Below, in pieces: positions 17,896 through 27,707 of a DNA stretch of 64,000 bases. Each line of letters begins with the position of its first letter. Position 1 is the first letter of the stretch. Made by a program: the position numbers and the translations under genes. Origin of the DNA: Vulcanimicrobiota bacterium (GTDB lineage Bacteria > Vulcanimicrobiota > Xenobia > Xenobiales > JADMJV01); NCBI GenBank assembly GCA_050250895.1, contig JBFWNU010000005.1, positions 416,001 to 480,000 of the forward strand, written 5' to 3'. Under the pieces are notes generated by a model. That model made no database searches. It was not told the origin of the DNA and saw only the letters and a list, made by a program, of their open reading frames with translations.

Positions 17896-18531
17896 TCAGT
17901 TGGAGACCCTCAGCGATTCGTGGGGCACGTGGAGGATAGTCTCGAGGTCGTGCTCGATGTCGCGTTCCTGCCGGTTGGCTCCGCGCGTCTTGCCGCGCAT
18001 CAAGAGCCGGACACGCAGCGCGTTGGTGCTCTCACGAGTGACTTCGAACTCGACCAGGGTCGTCTGTCGGTCGGTGTGAGCCAGGCTGCGCGGAGCTAAG
18101 TTCGGATCGGTGTCCCAATTGCTTCCGTTGGCAATTACCCGCTCCAGCAGCAGGTCCCCGTTGCGCAGGACCACGCGGTAGGTGTGATACGTAATGTCGC
18201 CGAGGCCGGTGGCCGACAGAGCGCTGGTGGTGGGACTGGGATAGGCCGGCTCCAGCCAGTCCTCGGTGGTGGAAACCACCAGTTCGCTGGCGGTGGTGCC
18301 GTTGCTGTCGGGCACGTAGATGGTCTGGCCCGAGCCGGGAAAGGCTGACAGCACCACCGGGGTGAGGCGCTCCATTGCCTGCCGACCTTTGGTCTGGATG
18401 TTCACTCGGGTGCTGCCGTGGTCGTAGCTGGTATAGGACTGGTTGTACACGACCGTCAAAACCAGCCCGATAACCGAAACCAGGGCCATGGTGATCAAGA
18501 GTTCGGGCAAGGTGAATGCTTTTTGTCTCAT
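17896..18531 (-). CDS. Minor pilin, PilW/PulJ-like
   Basis: KAFTLPELLITMAL class III signal with E5. Confidence 0.88.
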   Translation of the reverse strand: MRQKAFTLPELLITMALVSVIGLVLTVVYNQSYTSYDHGSTRVNIQTKGRQAMERLTPVVLSAFPGSGQTIYVPDSNGTTASELVVSTTEDWLEPAYPSPTTSALSATGLGDITYHTYRVVLRNGDLLLERVIANGSNWDTDPNLAPRSLAHTDRQTTLVEFEVTRESTNALRVRLLMRGKTRGANRQERDIEHDLETILHVPHESLRVSN

Positions 18532-18995
18532 GGTGCCCCCTGCAGAGCGATCAGCTCCACATTTCGCTCGCTACCCCGCTCAAACCAATAGACCCGTACG
18601 GTGATGGTGGCGAGATCGTTGTCGGCGTTGTAGCTGATGGAGATGTTGCGGGTAAAGTCGGTCCCGCCGGTCACTTCCGCACCCCCTCCCGACTGAAAGG
18701 GGGCCGCCGCCAGGGGGGTCCGGTCGCTGGGCGAAGCATCCACCAGTCCGGTCACAGGAGTGGTGGAGAAGGGAAAGTTGTTGATCCGGATCTGAGCCAC
18801 CAGTTGACGCGCGTGGTTGTTTGCTTCAGACATGAGGACACCATGCTTGGTAGCCTGGGTGCCATAGATGAAAGTCGAGATCAGCCCGAGGATACCCACC
18901 GAGAGGACGCCGACAGCTACCAGCACCTCCACCAGGGTCATCCCTCGTTGCCTAGATTTGCACAATGATGACTCCCTTCCACACCTCGCTCTCAT
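18528..18995 (-). CDS. Minor pilin, PilV/PulI-like
   Basis: RGMTLVEVLVAVGVL class III signal; stop overlaps the next start; exact start uncertain. Confidence 0.88.
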   Translation of the reverse strand: MRARCGRESSLCKSRQRGMTLVEVLVAVGVLSVGILGLISTFIYGTQATKHGVLMSEANNHARQLVAQIRINNFPFSTTPVTGLVDASPSDRTPLAAAPFQSGGGAEVTGGTDFTRNISISYNADNDLATITVRVYWFERGSERNVELIALQGAP

Positions 18996-19256
18996 TATGT
19001 CACTACGGCGGCCATCGGTAATTATCCGCAGGCATAGCCTGAGTGTATAGAATCCGTGGTCCCAGTAGGGCGGACCGAGCGGGGAACTTCGTGTCTAATG
19101 GCGAAAAATTTAGTAGATCCGAGGGAGGTTTTCGAGAAGAAAAGTAGGACGGATTGACTGCGGCTGAGCGAGCGTTCGTGCGCTACACTGGTTTTATACG
19201 GATGGATATATACCGAGGCATAGAAGTTTTTCAGGAGGTCGCGTTATCTGGTCAGA

Positions 19257-19919
19257 GTGGATACTATGGTAGAGTGTGCCCTAGATAAGCGACCCATCAA
19301 AGTTATGCTCGTAGACGACCATCCGGTGGTGGTGCAAGGTTTGCGAGCTCTGCTGGAGGCGGATTCCGGCTTCGAGATCTGCGCCGAGGCCTATGACGGC
19401 AACCAGGTGCTTGACCTGATCGACTCGAGCCAGCCCGACGTGGTCCTCATGGATATCCGAATGAAGGACATGGGAGGGCTCGAGGCGACCCGGCAGATCA
19501 AGGCCCGTCACCCCGATGTGTCGGTGATCGTTTTGACGGTGTATGACGCCGACATCTATGTCAGCGAGGCGGTTCGGGCCGGAGCGTCGGGCTATCTGCT
19601 CAAGGACAGTTCTCCCGAGTTGCTCATCGGCGGGATTCGCTCGGTCGTTCAGGGCGGAGTCCTTTTTTCGCGCGAACTCGCCTTTAGCGCCCTTCATGCC
19701 CGTTCTGAGACTCCGGGCATTGGCGCGCTGACTCCCCGAGAACTCGACATCCTGACCATGATGGCCCAGGGCAACACCAATCGGGCCATCGCCGAGCAAC
19801 TACATCTAGCCGAGATTACGATCAAGAAACAGGCCCAGAGCCTCATGCGCAAATTGGGAGTCAATGATCGGACCCAAGCTGCCGTGCTGGCCGTACAGTT
19901 AGGACTCATCGACGCTTGA
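19257..19919 (+). CDS. NarL/LuxR family response regulator
   Basis: LVDDHPVV, DVVLMDIRM, GASGYLLK, LTPRE HTH; start may be 19266. Confidence 0.95.
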   Translation: MDTMVECALDKRPIKVMLVDDHPVVVQGLRALLEADSGFEICAEAYDGNQVLDLIDSSQPDVVLMDIRMKDMGGLEATRQIKARHPDVSVIVLTVYDADIYVSEAVRAGASGYLLKDSSPELLIGGIRSVVQGGVLFSRELAFSALHARSETPGIGALTPRELDILTMMAQGNTNRAIAEQLHLAEITIKKQAQSLMRKLGVNDRTQAAVLAVQLGLIDA

Positions 19920-21505
19920 GGCGTCGCCCGCGAGGTCTCTCGCTGGCCTCGGTGCTGGCCGTGGCCGCGCTGATGCTGTGCCTGGGCTTCACGGTGGTAG
20001 CAGTGGCCTTCAGCCATCTCGGTCTGGGCAACCGAGTCGAGCACCAGGCCAGGGCTCGTAACGTGGCCGAGTCGCTCCTGGCCCAGGCGGTAGAGCGTTT
20101 GATCTTGGCCCAGCAGAACGACCAACCCCTGCCGCCCCGGATGGCTCTCAGCCAGGGCGAGGCCGCGGCGCGATTGTTTTTTGAGCCCGAGCAGACAGAC
20201 ATTCCCGTGTGTACCGATAACCTCGGTAATGACAACGCGGTCGAAGGCACCGCCGGGACGGTAGTGCCAGCCCACACGGCCCACCTGGTGGCCGAAGGTC
20301 GCTCGGGCGGAGTGCGGGTGCTCATGGAGTGTTTGGTGGGCGTGCCTCGCTATCCTTACGGTATCGCCTCCAACGGTCGCCTGGTCTCGCGCGGAAACCT
20401 GGTGGTGGGGGCCGTTGACTCACTCCAGGATGCTCTCGAGGAGAACGGCTTTTCCGAGGCCGATGTGGTGGCCAACGCCAACTCGGCAGACGCGGTCGTG
20501 CTCGAAGGTCAGGCGTTGATCACGGGTAATCTACGCTCGGCCGGGGGCGTGCGCCTCTCGGAGCAGGTGGAGGTTCGCGGCGAGGTGCGCTCGCACGGCG
20601 GTCGGGTCTCGATTCCGAGGCTCGAGGTGGGCGAGTTCGACCCTCTCGCCCGCGGCCAGACCAACGTGCGCGAGTTGGGCGAGGCGTTTGTCGAGAATCC
20701 GGTGCTGGGTGGTTACGTTCGTCGCCAGGGCGACCTGACCGTGCGCGGTGATGCTCGCCTTGACGGAGCGGTGCTCTTTGTTGACGGCGACCTCGATATT
20801 CGTGGAGGCATCGACGGTCGAGGCGCCATCTTCGTGACCGGCACTACCCGCATCGTGGGCAGCGCTAATTTGCGGACCGACAACGCCGCCGCGCTGGTGA
20901 GTGCGGGCGACGTTACGCTGGTGGGCGAGGGTGAGGGTCAGTCCTTCTTCCAGGGCCTGATCTACACCGAGGGGAGCTTGACGGCGTCGAACATTCGCCT
21001 GGTGGGGGTCTTCCTGGCGGCCGGTGAAGAAACTCAGGCGACCATCGGTGTCGAGAACGTGGGCTTGCTCGAACTGCCTGAGTACGCTGACCTTGATTTG
21101 AGCGCCGATGGAAGAATGGCGTTGCATTTCGACTCGAATAGCGGCGAGTTCCGTGGGGTCGAGCCCCAGGGGGAGATCGCCGGGCTTCCCGAGGGCGTCC
21201 TTCGCGTCGAGGTCCGCAAGGTCGGCCATGACTTCGTCGTCAATAATCCGGCCACCGGTTTCCAACTCACGGCCGTCGACCCTGCGGCCGCGGTGGAAGC
21301 TCTCGAGGCCGCCCTGCGCCTCGAGGTGCCGGGCTTTCAAGCACTGCAACACGGTGACGGTCAACAGGTGAGCACGCTGATCTCTAACCACCTCGAGCGA
21401 GCTGCCGGCGGGCCCGACAGCCGGTTGGACTTTCGCCTCAATCTCAACGAATTTCTCCCCTTTTCCGAAAGGGCCCGGGTTCTGCTTTGGCGAGAGATGC
21501 CCTGA
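19916..21505 (+). CDS. PilX-like prepilin-type protein with a beta-helical C-terminal region
   Basis: RRPRGLSLASVLAVAALML, ARNVAES, and repeated V.GDL/G.IF/GLIY beta-solenoid-like motifs. Confidence 0.72.
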   Translation: MRRRPRGLSLASVLAVAALMLCLGFTVVAVAFSHLGLGNRVEHQARARNVAESLLAQAVERLILAQQNDQPLPPRMALSQGEAAARLFFEPEQTDIPVCTDNLGNDNAVEGTAGTVVPAHTAHLVAEGRSGGVRVLMECLVGVPRYPYGIASNGRLVSRGNLVVGAVDSLQDALEENGFSEADVVANANSADAVVLEGQALITGNLRSAGGVRLSEQVEVRGEVRSHGGRVSIPRLEVGEFDPLARGQTNVRELGEAFVENPVLGGYVRRQGDLTVRGDARLDGAVLFVDGDLDIRGGIDGRGAIFVTGTTRIVGSANLRTDNAAALVSAGDVTLVGEGEGQSFFQGLIYTEGSLTASNIRLVGVFLAAGEETQATIGVENVGLLELPEYADLDLSADGRMALHFDSNSGEFRGVEPQGEIAGLPEGVLRVEVRKVGHDFVVNNPATGFQLTAVDPAAAVEALEAALRLEVPGFQALQHGDGQQVSTLISNHLERAAGGPDSRLDFRLNLNEFLPFSERARVLLWREMP

Positions 21506-22683
21506 GGCTGCTGGTTCTGCTGGTGGTCCTCGGTCTGTCCGGACCCGGCTGGGCTCGCCAGGTGACCTTTCATACCCAGCCTGAGGGGGCCAGGGTCTAT
21601 CTCGAGAACTCGGGCCAGAGCGGAGGCGACTATCTCGGCCGCTCGGGCCAACCCCTCGAACTCGACCTGGCCAGGTTCGAAGGCCAGACCAGCTTCGATG
21701 TCCGCTTTGAGGCCGAGGGCCTGCCGCCACTCATCGTGACCTTGCGTCCCGAGTTTTTTCTGCAGCACGACCACTATCCTGAACGGGGTGTGGTCTTGTT
21801 AGACGATTCTGGTTGGCCCAAGTGGCCTTGGGGCCTGCTGGTCCTGCTGGCCGTGGCCGCCTGGCGCTGGCGCGGGCGCAAGCTCGAGACCGACCCGTTG
21901 GTAGGCGCCAGCCTGGGACCCTACCGCCTGGGCTCGCGGCTGGGCAGCGGGGGAGGGGGCAACGTCTATCGGGCCGAGGGGCCGGCCGGGCGGGTGGCCG
22001 TCAAGGTGGCTGTGGCTGATCAGCTGGACCCCGGTGCCCGTCAGCGATTCGCCAGGGAGATCGAGAATTTCTCACGCCTGGAGCATCCGGGGATCCTGCG
22101 GCTGCTCGATCGAGGCGAGCAGGGCGAGTTGCTCTATCTGGTGACCGAACTCCAAGAGGCCAACCTGCGGGCCCGCATGGGCGCTCCCATGGCCTACCAG
22201 GAGGCCGTAGCCATCGTCCTGGAGTTGCTCGGGCCGCTCCAAGCTTTGCATCGGGCCGGATTGGTCCACCGTGACCTCAAGCCCGAGAATGTCTTGCTCG
22301 GTCGCGATGGGCTGGTGCTGGCGGATCTGGGTCTGGCGGGCGAGCACCGCACCAGTGGCTTCTCGTCCACTCGGGGCGGGCTGGGAACTCTCGGTTATGC
22401 CGCGCCCGAGCAACTCAGCGGTGAGCAGACCGATGCTCGCACCGATCAGTATTCCCTGGGAGTCGTCTTTTTCGAGCTGTTGACCGGCCGTTTGCCCTTT
22501 CCAACCCGGGGTGCCGAGGCGGTGGTGGCCCACCTCACCAGCGCCCCGCCCAGGCCCAGCGATTTCGCCCAGGGTCTCCCGGAGGGCCTGGACCAGGTGG
22601 TGGTGCGGATGCTCGCTAAGGTGCCGGCCCGCCGGTTTGAGGACCTTAGCCAGGTGGGTCAGGCACTCGAGGCGCTGGCTTGA
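21487..22683 (+). CDS. Transmembrane Hanks-type Ser/Thr kinase with an extracytoplasmic PEGA-like N-domain
   Basis: Signal peptide, TQPEGARVYL, TM helix, LGSGGGGNVY, VAVK, HRDLKPEN, DLG, GYAAPEQ. Confidence 0.92.
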   Translation: MARDALRLLVLLVVLGLSGPGWARQVTFHTQPEGARVYLENSGQSGGDYLGRSGQPLELDLARFEGQTSFDVRFEAEGLPPLIVTLRPEFFLQHDHYPERGVVLLDDSGWPKWPWGLLVLLAVAAWRWRGRKLETDPLVGASLGPYRLGSRLGSGGGGNVYRAEGPAGRVAVKVAVADQLDPGARQRFAREIENFSRLEHPGILRLLDRGEQGELLYLVTELQEANLRARMGAPMAYQEAVAIVLELLGPLQALHRAGLVHRDLKPENVLLGRDGLVLADLGLAGEHRTSGFSSTRGGLGTLGYAAPEQLSGEQTDARTDQYSLGVVFFELLTGRLPFPTRGAEAVVAHLTSAPPRPSDFAQGLPEGLDQVVVRMLAKVPARRFEDLSQVGQALEALA

Positions 22684-24353
22684 GGCCGGCTCTGGTGGCT
22701 CTGGCCGTGCTGCTGGGCAGCAGCGCCTGGCTGGCTCCACTGCCCGACGGCTGGCGCACGGGCATCGGACTGGCCTCGCTGTGGTTGGTTGGGGCTGTAG
22801 CTTTCGCTCAGCAAAGAAGCGGGCCTCGGCCCCCACCCGCCGCTGGCGACGATCCCCAGGTGGCCCGGCTGGCCGAATCCCTGCGCGAGGTCTCCCAAGA
22901 GTGGCAGAGGTCGCGGGCCGAGCTTTCGAGTTCGAAAGATTATACCGAGCGGGTCTTGCGCTCGATCGGCAACATGTTGATCGTCGTGGGCCGCGACGGT
23001 TTGATCCAGTCGGTGAATGCGGCCGTGAGCGAGACCCTCGGCTACCCCGAAGCGGACCTGATCGGCCAGCCCTTGAGCCGGGTGGTGGCCGACTCGTCGC
23101 CCCAACAAGAGCTGCTCTTCACCGGTTCGGTGCGCCACATCGAGGCCGTCTATAAGGCCAGCAGCGGCGAAGAAGTTCCCGTCTTCTTCAGTTGTTCGGT
23201 AGTGCGCGATACCGAGGGAGAGTTAGAGAGCATCGTGACCGTGGCTCAGGACCTTCGCGACCGCAAGCGAGCCGAGGGCGCCCTGGCTGCCAGCGAGCAG
23301 CGGTTGCGGACCATTTTCGCTTCGGCGGCCATCGGCATGGCCCGGCTCGGCTTGGATTTGCGGCTCAGCCACCCCAATCGTGCCCTGCAGAAGATGTTGC
23401 AGCGCAGCGAGGCCAGCCTGGCCAGGGCTTCGCTCGACGAACTGCTGGCGCCGGCCGACCTCGACCGGCACCGCCGGTGTCTTGGCGAGCTTGGCGCGGG
23501 AGAGCGCCAGGTCTACCAGTTGGAGCACCCCTGGCTGCGGGCCGGAGGCGAGTCGTTCTGGGGCAATACCATCGTTTCCCTGGTGAGCGATGAGGGGGGA
23601 CAGCCTCTCTTTACGGTCCTGCTGGTCGAGGACGTCACCCGCCGGCGCGAGGCGGAACAGAGCCTGGCAGCGGCCCGCGAGCAGATCGACGAATACACCA
23701 CCACCCTCCAGGAGAAGGAGTTTCGTCTGCGCGAACTGTTCGAGCGATTGGTTCGTTCCCAGGAAGATGAGCGGCGGCTGGTGGCCAACGACCTGCACGA
23801 CGGAGTTCTGCAGTACGTCATCGCGGCCGAGTTACACCTCAAGGCCTTTCAGAATAGCCAGGGGGGTGAGGCCAACCCGAATCTCGAGAGGGGCATCCAA
23901 CGCCTGCGGGAGGCGGTGGTAGAGGGTCGGCGCTTGATTTTTAATTTGCGTCCCTCGACGCTCGACGATTTCGGCCTGCCAGAGACCCTCCGGCGCCAGT
24001 TGACCGAACTCGAGACCGACACCGGTTGTCGCTGTACCTTCGAGTGTGAGCTTGGCGACGAGGCTCTGCCTGGCCCGACCGAAACGACAGCTTATCGCAT
24101 CGTGCAAGAGTCGCTCAACAACATCGCCAAGCATGCCGAAGCCGATGAAGTCGAGGTCAGTCTGCGCCGGGGCCAGGACCGTCTCCAGTTGCTGGTCCGC
24201 GATAGTGGTATCGGCTTTGATCCCTCGGCCGAGCGCGTCGGGGTAGGGCTGCGCGCCATGCAAGAACGGGCCCACCTCATGGGCGGCTGGCTGGAGATCA
24301 ACAGTCGACCCGGTGGTCCCACCGAGATTCGGGCCGAGTTGCCGTGCGGCTAG
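22680..24353 (+). CDS. Membrane PAS-PAS sensor histidine kinase (HisKA_3/NarX type)
   Basis: Two PAS domains, ERRLVANDLHD, QESLNNIAKHA, DSGIGF, GLRAMQER. Confidence 0.94.
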   Translation: MRPALVALAVLLGSSAWLAPLPDGWRTGIGLASLWLVGAVAFAQQRSGPRPPPAAGDDPQVARLAESLREVSQEWQRSRAELSSSKDYTERVLRSIGNMLIVVGRDGLIQSVNAAVSETLGYPEADLIGQPLSRVVADSSPQQELLFTGSVRHIEAVYKASSGEEVPVFFSCSVVRDTEGELESIVTVAQDLRDRKRAEGALAASEQRLRTIFASAAIGMARLGLDLRLSHPNRALQKMLQRSEASLARASLDELLAPADLDRHRRCLGELGAGERQVYQLEHPWLRAGGESFWGNTIVSLVSDEGGQPLFTVLLVEDVTRRREAEQSLAAAREQIDEYTTTLQEKEFRLRELFERLVRSQEDERRLVANDLHDGVLQYVIAAELHLKAFQNSQGGEANPNLERGIQRLREAVVEGRRLIFNLRPSTLDDFGLPETLRRQLTELETDTGCRCTFECELGDEALPGPTETTAYRIVQESLNNIAKHAEADEVEVSLRRGQDRLQLLVRDSGIGFDPSAERVGVGLRAMQERAHLMGGWLEINSRPGGPTEIRAELPCG

Positions 24354-24372
24354 ATAACGAACATTCGGACGC

Positions 24373-24401
24373 TTGCGCCCTCTGGGGGTGGGTGCTATAA
24401 T
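24373..24401 (+). promoter_or_regulatory. Sigma70 promoter of the rpsF operon
   Basis: TTGCGC-17 bp-TATAAT with extended TG. Confidence 0.8.
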
Positions 24402-24431
24402 ACGCCGAGCCTGCGGCCTCTGGCCGCAGAA

Positions 24432-24482
24432 ACCCTTTCACTCTCGGGCTTCGTGCTTGAGAGTCATCAGTCCAAGGGAGGG
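24432..24482 (+). ncRNA. Putative S6:S18 ribosomal protein leader RNA
   Basis: CCCTT/AAGGG stem including the SD, inner ACTCTCGGGC/GCTTGAGAGT hairpin, and CCA just 5' of the SD, directly upstream of rpsF. Confidence 0.6.
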
Positions 24483-24491
24483 ACATAAACC

Positions 24492-24782
24492 ATGGCTTTG
24501 CGGAATTACGAAGTCACGTATATCCTGGATCCGACGCTGGGCGACGACGCTGTCGAAGGCCTCAAAGAGAAGTTTTCTCAGAACGTCAGCTCGGCCGGCG
24601 GCGAGATTCAAGACATCAAATCCTGGGGGAAGCGCCGTCTGGCTTACGAGCTCAACGGCCGCCTCGAGGGAATTTATGTGACGATGCGGTTCGACTCCGA
24701 CACGGGTACGGCCGCCGAACTCCGGCGCATCATGGGCCTCAGCGATGAGGTCATGCGCAGCATGTTCGTGCGGACCAACTAG
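24492..24782 (+). CDS. rpsF: 30S ribosomal protein S6
   Basis: RNYEVTYILDP, WGKRRLAYEL, EGIY. Confidence 0.97.
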   Translation: MALRNYEVTYILDPTLGDDAVEGLKEKFSQNVSSAGGEIQDIKSWGKRRLAYELNGRLEGIYVTMRFDSDTGTAAELRRIMGLSDEVMRSMFVRTN

Positions 24783-24818
24783 TCGAGTCTATCGCCATCG
24801 TCTGAAAGGTGGTCTCCA

Positions 24819-25289
24819 TTGGCGAGCCTAAATCGAATCATCTTGATCGGCCGGGTGGCCAAAGTCCCCGAGCTGCGTTACACACCGAGCGGTGCGGCCG
24901 TGGCCAACTTCAGGTTGGCTGTCGACCGCAAGTTCAGCAAAAACAACGAGACGGATTTCATCCCGATCGTCGCCTGGCGGCGTCTGGCCGAGATTTGCAA
25001 CGAGTACCTCACTAAGGGTAAGCTCGTCGCCATCGAGGGCAGCCTGCAGGTGCGCACCTACGAGGACAAGGACGGCCAGAAACGCACGGCTTTCGACGTG
25101 GTCGCCGACGAGATGCAGATGCTCGACCGTGGCGCCGGTGGTGGTGGGGCGGGTGGCTCTGGAGAGCAACGCCAGCCCAACTACGACCGCGAACCGGTCG
25201 GGGCGCCAAGTGGGGGTGGAGGCTACGGCCAAGGTGGGGGCTACCCACCGATGGACGATGGTCTCGGCATCGACGACATCCCGTTCTAA
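24819..25289 (+). CDS. ssb: Single-stranded DNA-binding protein
   Basis: LNRIILIGR, PELRYTPSG, Gly-rich linker, C-terminal DDIPF; TTG start with RBS. Confidence 0.97.
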   Translation: MASLNRIILIGRVAKVPELRYTPSGAAVANFRLAVDRKFSKNNETDFIPIVAWRRLAEICNEYLTKGKLVAIEGSLQVRTYEDKDGQKRTAFDVVADEMQMLDRGAGGGGAGGSGEQRQPNYDREPVGAPSGGGGYGQGGGYPPMDDGLGIDDIPF

Positions 25290-25312
25290 CCAACCGGGTC
25301 CATTCGGAGCCC

Positions 25313-25340
25313 AGGAAGGCGCCCCCGGGGGCGCCTTCCT
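25313..25340. repeat. Perfect 28-bp palindrome between ssb and rplI
   Basis: AGGAAGGCGCCCCC|GGGGGCGCCTTCCT. Confidence 0.9.
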
Positions 25341-25356
25341 TCGCTAGGAGACAAAG

Positions 25357-25809
25357 ATGAAAGTAATTTTGCTTCAAGACGTGAAGAAGCTCGGGGCCCG
25401 CGGTGACATCGTCGAGGTGGCCGATGGCTACGGCCAGAACTTCCTCTTTCCCCGACGTCTGGCAGCGCCAGCCACCGAGGGGGCGGTCAAGGCCCGCAAG
25501 AGCGAGATCGCGGCCGCCTCGGCCCGCGACCAGCGCGAGCGGGACGCCGCCAAGGATTGGGCCACCAAACTCGAGGCCAAGCCTCTCAACCTGAGTGTCA
25601 AAGCTGGTGAGGGCGGCAAGTTGTTCGGTTCGATCACCACCAAAGAGATTGCCGCCGGCATCAAGAAACAGCACGGCTATGTAGTGGACAAGAAGAAAAT
25701 CCATCTGCCCAAGCCGATCAAGAGTCTCGGGACCCATCAGGTGACCATCAAGCTCTATCCCAAGGTCACCGCCACGGTTACGGTCGAGTTGGCTCCCGAC
25801 GCATCATGA
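25357..25809 (+). CDS. rplI: 50S ribosomal protein L9
   Basis: MKVILLQDVKKLG..GDIVEVADGYGQNFL, GKLFGSIT. Confidence 0.97.
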   Translation: MKVILLQDVKKLGARGDIVEVADGYGQNFLFPRRLAAPATEGAVKARKSEIAAASARDQRERDAAKDWATKLEAKPLNLSVKAGEGGKLFGSITTKEIAAGIKKQHGYVVDKKKIHLPKPIKSLGTHQVTIKLYPKVTATVTVELAPDAS

Positions 25810-27707
25810 GTCGACGAAGCCGCTCGGGACCGAAGGTCGACTACGACCGTCAAATCACGATCCTGTTCAGCTTCTTGTCGAACCTGTACGGTCCCGACAA
25901 GTTGGTGCTCAAGGCTGGCAAGCTTGACGCCCTCAAGCTGATGCGCTCGGACAACGTGGGGGAACGGCTGCTGGCTTTGCAGCGGCTCGTCTTTGAAGAT
26001 CCGACCTTGTGCGATCTGCCTCTGTTGGAAGATTATCCCACCATCCTCAACCGGCTCGAAGAAGAGATCGCCGACGTAGTGGCCATGCGGACCGTCGAAG
26101 AGAGCCTCGATCGCAAGATCGCCAACAAAATGCAGGAGCGACACTTCGAGTATCTTCAAGAGCTGCGGCGTGAGGCGCTCAAAGAAGAGCACGGCCCCGA
26201 GAACTCGGCCACGCTCAAGCGCCTGGCCGAGCTCGAGGACCTCGAGGAGCGGGGGCTGGATGCGTCAGCTCTGGCCCTGATGCGGCCCCAGAACCTGTCC
26301 GAGGTCGTCGGTCAAGAAGAGGCCGTAGAGAGTCTGCTCACCAAGATCGGCACGCCCTATCCTCAGCACGTCATCCTGTATGGACCCCCCGGAGTGGGCA
26401 AGACCACCGTGGCTCGACTGGTCCTAAACGAAGTCAAGACCTACGCTTTCACGCCGTTCAAGCCCAGCGCACCCTTCGTCGAGGTCGACGCCACCACCGT
26501 CCGCTGGGACCCGCGCGAGATCACCAATCCCTTACTGGGCTCGGTTCACGACCCCATCTATCAGGGCTCGCGTCGCGATCTGGGCGAAGAGGGCATTCCC
26601 GAGCCCAAGCTCGGTCTGGTTACCAAGGCCCACGGTGGAGTGCTCTTCATCGACGAGATCGGAGAGCTTGACCCGATCTTGCAGAATAAACTCCTGAAAG
26701 TCCTCGAAGACAAGCGCATTCTATTCGAATCCTCGTATTTCGACGAAGACGACCCGCGCGTTCCCCAGTACATCCGGCGTCTTTTCACCGAGGGTGCTCC
26801 GGCCGACTTTATCTTGATCGGAGCCACCACCCGCGAGCCCGACGAGATCACGCCCGCCATCCGGTCGCGTTGCGCCGAGGTGTTCTTCAAGCCGCTGACC
26901 CCTTCCCAGACGCGCGATATCGTCAAAAACGCGGCTGCCCGGCTGGGCATCACCGTGCGCGCCGATGTGGCCGAGCTGATCAGCCAGTTCACCTCGGAAG
27001 GCCGCAAGGCCGTGCGGGTGTTGGCCGATGCCTACGGCCACGCCTACCTCCGTCGGGGCCGCGAGGCCGACAACGGGCGACTGGTGCTGACCAAGAAGGA
27101 CGTCTATGGCGTCATTCGCAATGACCGGCTGACCCGCAGTATCCAGGTGCACGCGAGCGTCGAAGGCGAGGTGGGTTGCGTCTTTGGCCTGGGTGTGCGC
27201 GGCTTCCTGGGATCGTGTCTCGAGATCGAGGCGGCCGCCTACAAGGCCCGCCACGACGGCAAGGGTAGCCTGCGCTTCAACGAGGCCGCCGGCCAAATGG
27301 CGAAGGACTCGGTCTTCAACGGAGCCAGCGTCATCCGCAAGCTGCTCGACAAAGATCTGGCCGACTACGATGTCCACGTCAACGTCATCGGCGGCGGCAA
27401 GGTCGACGGCCCCTCGGCCGGTCTGGCGGTGGTCACCGCGCTGGCCAGCGCCCTCGAAGGCCTGCCCGTGCCCCAGGACGTGGCCATGACCGGCGAGGTG
27501 TCGATTCAGGCCAAGGTCAAGCCCGTGGGCGGCGTGGCCGAAAAGCTTCACGGAGCCGTCCAGGCCCGCATGCGGGCGGCGCTGATTCCGGCCGACAACC
27601 TCGAAGAGGTGGCCGACCGCTTCTCGGACATCGAGATCGTGCCCGTTTCCCGGGTCGTCGATGCTTTCAAATTCCTCTGGCCCGACCGAGATTGGAGTGT
27701 TCGTTGA
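25806..27707 (+). CDS. lonC: Lon family ATP-dependent protease, LonC type
   Basis: GPPGVGKT Walker A, LFIDEIGE Walker B, DGPSAG catalytic Ser, VGGVAEK; located between rplI and dnaB. Confidence 0.9.
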   Translation: MSRRSRSGPKVDYDRQITILFSFLSNLYGPDKLVLKAGKLDALKLMRSDNVGERLLALQRLVFEDPTLCDLPLLEDYPTILNRLEEEIADVVAMRTVEESLDRKIANKMQERHFEYLQELRREALKEEHGPENSATLKRLAELEDLEERGLDASALALMRPQNLSEVVGQEEAVESLLTKIGTPYPQHVILYGPPGVGKTTVARLVLNEVKTYAFTPFKPSAPFVEVDATTVRWDPREITNPLLGSVHDPIYQGSRRDLGEEGIPEPKLGLVTKAHGGVLFIDEIGELDPILQNKLLKVLEDKRILFESSYFDEDDPRVPQYIRRLFTEGAPADFILIGATTREPDEITPAIRSRCAEVFFKPLTPSQTRDIVKNAAARLGITVRADVAELISQFTSEGRKAVRVLADAYGHAYLRRGREADNGRLVLTKKDVYGVIRNDRLTRSIQVHASVEGEVGCVFGLGVRGFLGSCLEIEAAAYKARHDGKGSLRFNEAAGQMAKDSVFNGASVIRKLLDKDLADYDVHVNVIGGGKVDGPSAGLAVVTALASALEGLPVPQDVAMTGEVSIQAKVKPVGGVAEKLHGAVQARMRAALIPADNLEEVADRFSDIEIVPVSRVVDAFKFLWPDRDWSVR

